From IMG/VR virus record IMGVR_UViG_3300042445_001485: a stretch of 64,000 bases of DNA; one strand, 5' to 3'. Positions 54,970 through 62,663 of this stretch are shown piece by piece. The notes under the pieces were generated by a model, which was not told the origin of the DNA, ran no database searches, and saw only the letters and a list, made by a program, of their open reading frames with translations. Each line of letters starts with the position of its first letter. Position 1 is the first letter of the stretch. The translations under genes and the position numbers were made by a program. The stretch is from a virus (taxonomy: Duplodnaviria > Caudoviricetes).

Positions 54970-55482
54970 TCATTCTGCAACTCCAAACTGTTTTATCAAT
55001 CGTGAGATATCGGTAATATCGTTTTTTGTAATATTAAACCATTCTCCTCTTACCCATTTTTTTTCAAAATGCTTGTGTAATTTTTTTTCAATAATATCTA
55101 CTCGGTTCAGCAAGTCTGATTTCCAAACTAATTTAAGATCCAACCAATGCGCTGTCTGTAAAGATCTTTTTCTTTTATCTGTGTTTGATCCCGAAGTTAT
55201 TCCAATTTTATAAGGTGTTCCTGGGATATCTGGACCTATAACATAAATGGTTCCAGTAACAGCACCTGCCATGACCAATGTAGTTTTTTGACTACGAACT
55301 AGTCCTTTGGCCTTTATTGCGCTACGCCATTGTGTGGCATATTGTTTGGCACAGGATTTACATTGGGGAATAGCAAGTTGATTCAAATTTTTAGCAACCT
55401 TCTTGAGACCGCTAGGAAAAAAATACTCTTCTGTTGCTTCCAGTAACAGTTTACATTTTGAGCAGGTGTAATGTAATTTCAT
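54970..55482 (-). CDS. T5orf172 / GIY-YIG-like endonuclease with N-terminal Zn finger
   Basis: CSKC...CKSC; IYVIG, YKIGIT, EKKLH, GEWF; start MKLHY. Confidence 0.8.
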   Translation of the reverse strand: MKLHYTCSKCKLLLEATEEYFFPSGLKKVAKNLNQLAIPQCKSCAKQYATQWRSAIKAKGLVRSQKTTLVMAGAVTGTIYVIGPDIPGTPYKIGITSGSNTDKRKRSLQTAHWLDLKLVWKSDLLNRVDIIEKKLHKHFEKKWVRGEWFNITKNDITDISRLIKQFGVAE

Positions 55483-55842
55483 TCTAATTCCTATCCACTG
55501 GTAAACAAACATATTGTCGAGCAGTGGTATTGGGTTGTTTAGCAGATACACAATCCTGTTTGGTTCGATAATGCTCGACCACTTGATAATCCTTGATAGG
55601 ACCATTATTGGATCCCGGAGACAACAATACAACAACCAATACCCAATTGAGCATCACAGACCTTTGATAAAGTCTATAACTGCACGGGCTTGAGTTAAAT
55701 CCATGTCGGTGTCGTCTGCTGTTTTATCTGCCGGACGGAATACATAGTGTGTATTCTTAATGGCATACAGACTGGTGTTGTTGGTGGGTACAACATTGAA
55801 TCGGTCATAGCTCATTTGGCGTTTCTTGTTCATACTTGCTCC

Positions 55843-56223
55843 TTAGGTGATTAAAATATGTTTCTGGTTGGCTCGGTCGCTGTACAACTGGTTGCCACGC
55901 TCACGAATCATGTCGGCCGCTGTCTGCGGTGTGGACTCAAACAGGTCACGCAAATCTTGTTGAGTAATACCACGGTCTGTTGTTACTGTATAAATTTCGT
56001 AATGTCGCTGTGGGTTTTTTCGGGCTCGCATGATCATCATACCAACCATTTGGTTGACTTTTACCAGGTGTTCATTGCGTGGTACTGTGTCTGGATCGCG
56101 GATTATGTCGAACAGTTTTTCTTGTTCAAATGTTTCTGAGCGATCACGGTCTTGTGTAATGTCAACACAGGCTTCAAGTCCGGTGTTGTCCCAACTAAGA
56201 ATAAAAAGATTTTGTTTCTTCAT
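55843..56223 (-). CDS. early hypothetical protein
   Basis: TACAAT-N6-ATG. Confidence 0.75.
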   Translation of the reverse strand: MKKQNLFILSWDNTGLEACVDITQDRDRSETFEQEKLFDIIRDPDTVPRNEHLVKVNQMVGMMIMRARKNPQRHYEIYTVTTDRGITQQDLRDLFESTPQTAADMIRERGNQLYSDRANQKHILIT

Positions 56224-56229
56224 AGTGCT

Positions 56230-56258
56230 ATTGTACAATAGATGCCATTGTTAGTCAA
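56230..56258 (-). promoter_or_regulatory. early promoter cassette
   Basis: TTGACT-N17-TACAAT with atggcatctattg spacer. Confidence 0.82.
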
Positions 56259-56649
56259 TGGCTCTACGGAACACAATTTCCTGTCGTGCAAAGGCTTCTT
56301 GTTCCCAGGGTTGATCCAAATACGGAGTGCGTCTTGAGTAGAACTTGCCACACCATTTTTTACCTCGTGGTGTTATCTTTAATATACCTTTGGCCATTTG
56401 ACGCACATGCACCAATTCATGTGCAAGTGTTACTCCCAATTCCAGGCAATTGCGTTTGGGCTTTAACACAACCAAAACGGTATCTATGCCTGTCATTGGC
56501 ACTGTGGTGCCGTGGTCTTTGAGATCACGATCTACTTTAATCATTAAAAATTTACGGCTACTGTCCAACCCAAGTTGGGTCAGCATACTGGGCAGTACCG
56601 CTTCAATAAATCGTCGAGTCTTGGGGCCTGCTTCAACATGGAATTCCAT
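56251..56649 (-). CDS. HExxH metallopeptidase-like protein
   Basis: TLAHELVH, QPWEQEAF. Confidence 0.8.
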   Translation of the reverse strand: MEFHVEAGPKTRRFIEAVLPSMLTQLGLDSSRKFLMIKVDRDLKDHGTTVPMTGIDTVLVVLKPKRNCLELGVTLAHELVHVRQMAKGILKITPRGKKWCGKFYSRRTPYLDQPWEQEAFARQEIVFRRAID

Positions 56650-56659
56650 TGTGTGTTCC

Positions 56660-56986
56660 TTAGTGGCTGTTCAGAGCAGGATTAAATTCGGCAATCAATT
56701 CACGCTCACGAGCATGAGCAGGCTTGCGTCCACGCACAAACTCCACAATGCCGTAAGTGTGAGCCAATGTGCCGTATTCGCGAATTGACTTACACAAAGC
56801 CCAATCTTTGTTTTCTGTAACTGCACGGCGTACATGTTTCTGCATACGCACTTTTAGAGCTTTACGAACTTGTTGTCCGCAAACTGTAATACCAATGTAT
56901 TGTTGGCCTGTTGTTGTATTGGTAATACAGTAAACGACATGCTTGGTATCTTGGCGTCTTTTTCGGGGTTGCTTTTTAAGTTCCAT
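56660..56986 (-). CDS. GIY-YIG nuclease-family protein
   Basis: VVYCITN...YIG, R...H, E...I...P.LN. Confidence 0.85.
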   Translation of the reverse strand: MELKKQPRKRRQDTKHVVYCITNTTTGQQYIGITVCGQQVRKALKVRMQKHVRRAVTENKDWALCKSIREYGTLAHTYGIVEFVRGRKPAHARERELIAEFNPALNSH

Positions 56987-56992
56987 ACAAGT

Positions 56993-57021
56993 ATTATAGC
57001 AATGATTCCTTTTTCGGACAA
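56993..57021 (-). promoter_or_regulatory. early promoter cassette
   Basis: TTGTCC-N17-TATAAT, 6 nt before ATG 56986. Confidence 0.78.
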
Positions 57022-57032
57022 ATTTCGGCCAT

Positions 57033-57110
57033 AAAAAAAGTACTACAAAAGTAGTACTTTTTGAGCCCTAAAAGTAGTACTTTTTATGTAGTACTTTAGT
57101 ATTACTTTTA
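57033..57110. repeat. cluster of AGTACT/AGTAGTAC repeats
   Basis: At least four agtact cores within 78 bp. Confidence 0.8.
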
Positions 57111-57335
57111 GTGCAGAGTTGCGTCATTGTCAATGTCGTCTATGTCCCTGACCCCAAATATTTTCAATATTCTTTGTACACTTTTAGGTGCAGTAAAGGA
57201 TCCAGTTTCGGGTAACAATACGCTTTTTAATTTGCCATCGGGGCTAATAATAAAAGCATAGTCCTCGTCTGCCCAATCTACTTCATTAAGAAATTCGTCA
57301 ATTTCTTCTTCCGACTCTCGCGTGACCTTGGACAT
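57108..57335 (-). CDS. acidic hypothetical protein
   Basis: AGGAGG Shine-Dalgarno. Confidence 0.75.
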   Translation of the reverse strand: MSKVTRESEEEIDEFLNEVDWADEDYAFIISPDGKLKSVLLPETGSFTAPKSVQRILKIFGVRDIDDIDNDATLH

Positions 57336-57359
57336 GTCTGTCCTCCTTGTTATTATTAT

Positions 57360-57692
57360 TTACTTAAAAAGTATCATTGCCATTATGGTTGCTTGAGCAA
57401 TAAACCCAATTCCGATTGTGACAATATTCAGGGTGTCTTTGAGAATCACTGCACGGCCAAACAGCAGTACAAGTCCGGCCCACATGAACAGCACAATGTC
57501 CAGTCCTGGAGTGCGATCACTGAGCCCGGTCAACAGAGCCAACAAACTGGGAACTGTGGCACAATGTATCACTATTGCGGCCAACCAACCCAGGGTGTCT
57601 GCTGAGATTTTACCAAAATGATCTTCAAAAAACTTGATGATGTTGAATTTAACTTTGGCCACAGTGAATAGATTCATGTCAGGAAATTTCAT
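57360..57692 (-). CDS. small 3-TM membrane protein (SemiSWEET/PQ-loop-like, tentative)
   Basis: Three hydrophobic helices with Pro at the end of TM1. Confidence 0.6.
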   Translation of the reverse strand: MKFPDMNLFTVAKVKFNIIKFFEDHFGKISADTLGWLAAIVIHCATVPSLLALLTGLSDRTPGLDIVLFMWAGLVLLFGRAVILKDTLNIVTIGIGFIAQATIMAMILFK

Positions 57693-57695
57693 TGC

Positions 57696-58271
57696 TTAGT
57701 CCTTGTAAAAAATATGGCGGCCAATTTGGCTAATTTTCTTCTTGCCCCAGTTGGGACTGACATAATCGCCATGGAAGTAAAGTGCATCACGCATTGTACT
57801 AAGTCCAAAGTTTTCTAGCAACACTTTCTTTGCCACTTCTTCACTTTCTCGATAAAGTGCAGGATATATGGGTCGGATTTTGTGTGTGGCTTCGCAGACC
57901 CAGCTGAATTGGCAAACTATTTTGCCAAGGTAATTGTTCTGTTGATATACCACTCCGCATACTCCTTCGCCAAATCGACCTGATGTAACTCGGTTCATGG
58001 TAACTTGAGCCACAGCAACTTTGCCTTCAAACGGCTCACTTGCGGCTTCCCAATAGATGTTCCTGGTCAAACAATCCAACTGACGAGTACGATCTGCTGT
58101 ACTGACGAAACCTTGACGGTAAGCTTCTGAGCCTTCCCTTAGGTTTTCGAATTTAATATTGACTACCTGTACCAGTACAGCGGCAATTAACATTAAACCT
58201 AAAAATTTCAACAGCATTGTAGTGAATGCCGCTAAAAGGTCTTGGTTGATACGAGACATGAGTGTCATCAT
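57696..58271 (-). CDS. cell wall hydrolase (SleB / Hydrolase_2)
   Basis: CLTRNIYWEA, VAQVTMNRV, CQFSW, LYFH, IGRHIFY. Confidence 0.93.
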   Translation of the reverse strand: MMTLMSRINQDLLAAFTTMLLKFLGLMLIAAVLVQVVNIKFENLREGSEAYRQGFVSTADRTRQLDCLTRNIYWEAASEPFEGKVAVAQVTMNRVTSGRFGEGVCGVVYQQNNYLGKIVCQFSWVCEATHKIRPIYPALYRESEEVAKKVLLENFGLSTMRDALYFHGDYVSPNWGKKKISQIGRHIFYKD

Positions 58272-58410
58272 ATTTTACCTCCTTCTATAGGTGTGTAGTT
58301 TTATATAACCCATTAAGTCTTGGGGTAAACGACTACTATAACCCAATGACTGAGTATATTATAGCGTTTTTTTCGTAGAAAAGCAAGTAATATGGGCAGT
58401 TAATGCCCAT

Positions 58411-59970
58411 TTATTTTTTGTATTTTGTACCAATCAGCAACGAGTTGCGAGACTGCACCAACAGATTTCTTCCCTCAACCAGAGCGGCATGAATGGCATC
58501 GCCACCAGCATTGCTCTGGCGGCATCCTTCAAAAAGTGTGGCATAATTTAGTCCCTGACTATCAACTCCATAGTCATGTAAATTATTAACCATGCTCAAA
58601 ATACCGGTAACTCCGGCTGGGGTTATGTCGTCCAGTTGTATTCCCGCCAATAATAAATTATTCAATTCAGTTGTCACTTGAGATTGCATGGCAGTGACAG
58701 CAGAATTTCCTGTGGTGGCCGTTGAGCTGAGTGCTGTTGTGGTGTTGAAGGTATTGGCCGCCGACCAAAGCGCCACAAATGCATTATCAATTTTGCTGGC
58801 TAGGCCGGTTGCACATTGTGTAATGACATTTGCTAAATTTGCGTTAAGGGCTGTACCTGCTGTGTCAGACTCTGCTGTGGTTAAACAACTGCTGATGGTT
58901 GTAAGTGCCGTACTGTGGGTAACTCCTGCTATAGAACCCATAACATCTGTTATAGTTGGGTTACCTAGACTGCCTGTACCTGTACCTATAGAAGCAGACA
59001 AATTGGCATAATCAGAATCTGATATAATATCAGTATAGGCATCCAAGTAAGTGAGGACAGGAACTTCAATGTTGTTTAATAAATCAGCAACTTCTGTAAA
59101 AGATTTAAATCTGCCGCCTAAGTTAATGAACTCATTGGCCAAGCCTGCAAAGTCACCACCGGGAACAACTGCCAGCTCTGCACTATTAAAGATCTTACTC
59201 AAGTCAAGCAATTGACTTAAATCTGTTATGGTAGAATTTGGTCTAAGGCCTGTTTGAGAAATAATTTTGTTTAGTGTGTCGCCTTTGATACTTGATAAGA
59301 ATATAAGTAGTGTATTGGCGTCATCTGTTCTCCAAGTGGTAGGCAATAAGTAACCACCGATTATATAATCGGATTTCTGCGTTTCTGCAAAGCCATAGTC
59401 TATTAGATTCTGTATAAATGTTGCAGGGTCGCCTAATTTGTTTAGATTTTTAACATCATAGGCAGTACCAAAGCGGCGAATGCCATTGCTTAATGTGGCC
59501 ATTTGTGCATCAGTGCCGAAGATGTTACTAAGTCCATTAGCAACTGCGCTACTGTGATTTGTAACACTGATACCCAGATCATCAAATGTTTGATCATAAA
59601 AAGTTTCCAACATGGTCTGTGTTGCTAGACTTGCTGTAACAAATGCACCGGCTTGTGATAGTATAGCAGTAAACTTTGTGATATCGTATAGGCCGTTGCC
59701 AATGCTGGGCAACATTTTATTGTAGTGTGATGACACCGTGGAAATTGTTGTGTTAGCGTTAGCAATATACAAGGGCAAGTATAAGTTAGTTACTGTCCAT
59801 CCTCTAGCAGACAGGGTATTGCCGTGTGTGGTTCCAGGTTGTAGATTTGAATAGTTGCTGACTAGACCATTGGTGCTGATAGTGGTCATAGCCGAGGTCA
59901 TAATGGCATTGGGTTGCAGGCCAACATTGCCAAGTAGATTTGACGCTGAGATCATCAATGACGGAGTCAT
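58411..59970 (-). CDS. putative virion (baseplate/tail-associated) protein
   Basis: 519 aa, Thr/Ser/Asn-rich, directly downstream of the PAAR-like gene; function inferred from position only. Confidence 0.6.
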   Translation of the reverse strand: MTPSLMISASNLLGNVGLQPNAIMTSAMTTISTNGLVSNYSNLQPGTTHGNTLSARGWTVTNLYLPLYIANANTTISTVSSHYNKMLPSIGNGLYDITKFTAILSQAGAFVTASLATQTMLETFYDQTFDDLGISVTNHSSAVANGLSNIFGTDAQMATLSNGIRRFGTAYDVKNLNKLGDPATFIQNLIDYGFAETQKSDYIIGGYLLPTTWRTDDANTLLIFLSSIKGDTLNKIISQTGLRPNSTITDLSQLLDLSKIFNSAELAVVPGGDFAGLANEFINLGGRFKSFTEVADLLNNIEVPVLTYLDAYTDIISDSDYANLSASIGTGTGSLGNPTITDVMGSIAGVTHSTALTTISSCLTTAESDTAGTALNANLANVITQCATGLASKIDNAFVALWSAANTFNTTTALSSTATTGNSAVTAMQSQVTTELNNLLLAGIQLDDITPAGVTGILSMVNNLHDYGVDSQGLNYATLFEGCRQSNAGGDAIHAALVEGRNLLVQSRNSLLIGTKYKK

Positions 59971-59971
59971 A

Positions 59972-60265
59972 TCACGATCCTACCGTTACTGTTGCGGCGC
60001 CCGGGCCTGTGATGGGACCTGGTCCCCAAAACTCTCTGCGATTTTTTTTAACTGATACTGTGGTAGTATCTCCAACAAAACTCAATGCTTTACCTTCAAT
60101 GGTTACAGTACTGGATCCCGGACCCGTAACAGTTTCGCCGTGATCTGTTTTGTCGCTTGATACCAGTGTTGGTGGTTTGCCTTCAATCGTGACTGTACTT
60201 GCTCCAGGGCCTGCTACGCTTTCGCCCTTGGCAGTTGCATCACCGAGTAACGAAGGTACGGCCAT
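59972..60265 (-). CDS. PAAR-like / gp5.4-like spike tip protein
   Basis: Three internal repeats GPG(A/S)(S/A)TVT(I/V)(E)G; about 97 aa. Confidence 0.7.
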   Translation of the reverse strand: MAVPSLLGDATAKGESVAGPGASTVTIEGKPPTLVSSDKTDHGETVTGPGSSTVTIEGKALSFVGDTTTVSVKKNRREFWGPGPITGPGAATVTVGS

Positions 60266-60266
60266 G

Positions 60267-60581
60267 TTATACTATGATCTTTTGTTTTGGTGCAACATCA
60301 ATACCTGTTGTGGTTTTGATATAGTGCGATTTCATTTGTTCTAGAGACTCGGCATGGAACATGACATGTTGCCTACTTAGAAATACCTTGGCATCTTGTT
60401 CGGCACTGAATAAACTCTGAATCAAGCCTATACCTTGTTGACTTGGCATGACCGTACAGGGACTGGCAACACTGAAGCCTTCGCCTGTTTCTTCCACAAC
60501 CTTGGCTACTAGCTCGTCACCGTTGACCATTTTAAAACTTGCTATGTCGCCTGCGGCATATTGTTGATTTGTTACTAGCAT
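60267..60581 (-). CDS. Sm-like fold hypothetical phage protein
   Basis: SFKMVNGDELVAKV pattern. Confidence 0.7.
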   Translation of the reverse strand: MLVTNQQYAAGDIASFKMVNGDELVAKVVEETGEGFSVASPCTVMPSQQGIGLIQSLFSAEQDAKVFLSRQHVMFHAESLEQMKSHYIKTTTGIDVAPKQKIIV

Positions 60582-60582
60582 G

Positions 60583-60825
60583 TTATACCCTTAGTTCTGC
60601 CCAAAACTCTTCGCCTTTGCCAGCGATGCCTTGGTAACCACCCGGAACAAGAGTTGTGCCATTGAATATCTGCGGAACACTACGCAGGCCCAAGTCTACC
60701 AGATGTTGTCTTGCATCCGAATCTTCTTCGATGCTGACTGTGGTATATTCTACACCACGACTCTCTAATAGACTTTTAGCCCGATCGCAAAACGGGCAAT
60801 TACTTTTTGAATAAACTGTTATCAT
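60583..60825 (-). CDS. glutaredoxin (NrdC/NrdH-like)
   Basis: CPFC active site, RSVPQIF. Confidence 0.95.
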   Translation of the reverse strand: MITVYSKSNCPFCDRAKSLLESRGVEYTTVSIEEDSDARQHLVDLGLRSVPQIFNGTTLVPGGYQGIAGKGEEFWAELRV

Positions 60826-61952
60826 TATAAACTAAAACCTTTAAATGTGTCGTTGTCGACATCTTGTTTTGTACCACCCACTACATAACTGCTGATTTCA
60901 GTTTCTTGCGGTGCCACTTGTACTTCTGCGCCTGCAATCCATTTAGCAGTCCACGGTAGGGGATTAGATCCGGGCTTCATACCACAATCCAATCCTACTG
61001 CTGTCATACGCTTGCAAGTCAACCAATCAACATACTGTCCCAATAATTGCTCATTGAGTCCAATCATTGATCCGTCCTTAAACAAATATTTAGCCCATGC
61101 TTTTTCCTGTTCTGCGGCCTTTAAAAACATTGCTTCACATTCAGCTTTTGTTTCTTGTTTGAGTTCGGCAAACGCAGGATCATCGCCGGGCAACAATTTG
61201 ATCAACATCTGAGTACTACCCAAGTGGACATTCTCGTCACGGCAGATTAATTTAATAATCTTGGCATTGCCTTCCATCTTCTTGAGCTCAGCAAAGGCCC
61301 AAGAGCAGGCAAACGAAACATAGAAGCGAATACCTTCTAGTGCGTTTACGCTATTGATAGCAAGCCATAGTTTCTTCTTGAGTTGGTATGTGTCAATCAC
61401 TAGTTCTCGGCCGTTAATGACATGTGTGCCTGCGCCCAATAGGTTATAATAACCACCGTACTCAATCACATCATCATAGTATTTGCTAATGTCTTTGGCA
61501 CAATTAACGATGGGCTCAATGTCCATGAGTTCGTCAAAAATTCTACCGGGGTCTGAGTATACATTGCGAATAATGTGAGTATAACTGCGGCTATGGATGG
61601 TTTCATTAAATGCCCAAGTTTGTATCCAGGTCTCTAACTCCGGAATCGAAACAAAGGGTAAGAACGCCAGATTAGGACTGCGTCCTTGTACGCTATCCAA
61701 TAGAATTTGTCTTTTTAAGTTGCTGGTAAAAATATGCTGTTCAAATTCTGTTAACTCTTTGAAGTCTTTGCTGTCACGCATGACATCAACTTCTTCAGGC
61801 CTCCAAAAAAATCCCAACTGCTTGTCAGTTAGTTTGTCAAACTGTCTGTACTTCAGTGTCTCATATCGTTGTAGTGTTACTGACCCACTGGGGTCTAAAA
61901 AGGCCAGGGCCTCAGTATGTTTTTTATTATTGTTAATATTGAATACACTCAT
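60825..61952 (-). CDS. nrdB: ribonucleotide reductase class Ia beta subunit
   Basis: FFWRPEEVD, ETIHSRSY, LEGIRFY, RDENVH, VAPQETE. Confidence 0.97.
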   Translation of the reverse strand: MSVFNINNNKKHTEALAFLDPSGSVTLQRYETLKYRQFDKLTDKQLGFFWRPEEVDVMRDSKDFKELTEFEQHIFTSNLKRQILLDSVQGRSPNLAFLPFVSIPELETWIQTWAFNETIHSRSYTHIIRNVYSDPGRIFDELMDIEPIVNCAKDISKYYDDVIEYGGYYNLLGAGTHVINGRELVIDTYQLKKKLWLAINSVNALEGIRFYVSFACSWAFAELKKMEGNAKIIKLICRDENVHLGSTQMLIKLLPGDDPAFAELKQETKAECEAMFLKAAEQEKAWAKYLFKDGSMIGLNEQLLGQYVDWLTCKRMTAVGLDCGMKPGSNPLPWTAKWIAGAEVQVAPQETEISSYVVGGTKQDVDNDTFKGFSL

Positions 61953-61967
61953 ACCACTATGTTATCC

Positions 61968-62663
61968 TTATGTTTTTTCAAATACGATCCTAACAGTACC
62001 ATCAAGTTCATTCATGTACTCCATGGAGTCAAGATCAAATACCAAATACTTACAAGGCAAGTTACTCAGTTGATCTCTAACATAGTCGTCAACTTCATAA
62101 TATGAAGGATCAGGAGTACCAAACAAACCATCTAGTACCTCAGCATCTTCTCTCTGCAACATGGGTGCCAAATCCAGGGCAATATAACCACGACCGCCAG
62201 GGCTAACAATGGATACAAAATTTTCAACTATTTCTTTGACCTGTGACAACGGACTATAATGCAAAGAACAGATACTTATAGCCGACTCGAATTGTCCTTC
62301 GTTGTACATAACAAAATTTTGATCAAAGAAATCATGACTATCGCCATAATAATTTGGATCTCCTTCCACATCAGGGGATATGCCCACAATTTGCGGAACA
62401 TACTTTTTAAACATATTCCAACCACAGCCAATGTCAAAAATGCTGTCGGGGGTTTTTTCTAATATGTACTGCAGGTAGTAAAAACTAGTTACCGTACAAA
62501 TGCGTAGACCAAGGGCTTGTCGTAGTGTAGGGTATATGTTAAAGGGCATGGTGTGTTTGTCCCATATCAGAGTATCAAAATCTTTTTCAAGTTTTTGGAA
62601 CATCTCAGTTTTACTAAACTGTTCTTCAAATTCTTCTTGGTTATATTCGTTTAAATTATGCAT
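61968..62663 (-). CDS. class I SAM-dependent methyltransferase-like protein
   Basis: IFDIGCG motif I, SICSLHY, VSPGGR. Confidence 0.75.
   Translation of the reverse strand: MHNLNEYNQEEFEEQFSKTEMFQKLEKDFDTLIWDKHTMPFNIYPTLRQALGLRICTVTSFYYLQYILEKTPDSIFDIGCGWNMFKKYVPQIVGISPDVEGDPNYYGDSHDFFDQNFVMYNEGQFESAISICSLHYSPLSQVKEIVENFVSIVSPGGRGYIALDLAPMLQREDAEVLDGLFGTPDPSYYEVDDYVRDQLSNLPCKYLVFDLDSMEYMNELDGTVRIVFEKT

Noticed and set aside
54970-56986. T5orf172 and GIY-YIG genes as an active mobile element or intron
   Set aside because: They are free-standing with no flanking intron structure or split host gene. They are treated as ordinary phage nucleases.
8131-57110. AGTACT repeats and promoter cassettes as a possible CRISPR array
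   Set aside because: They are dispersed, not regularly spaced with unique 30-40 nt spacers, and no cas genes are present.
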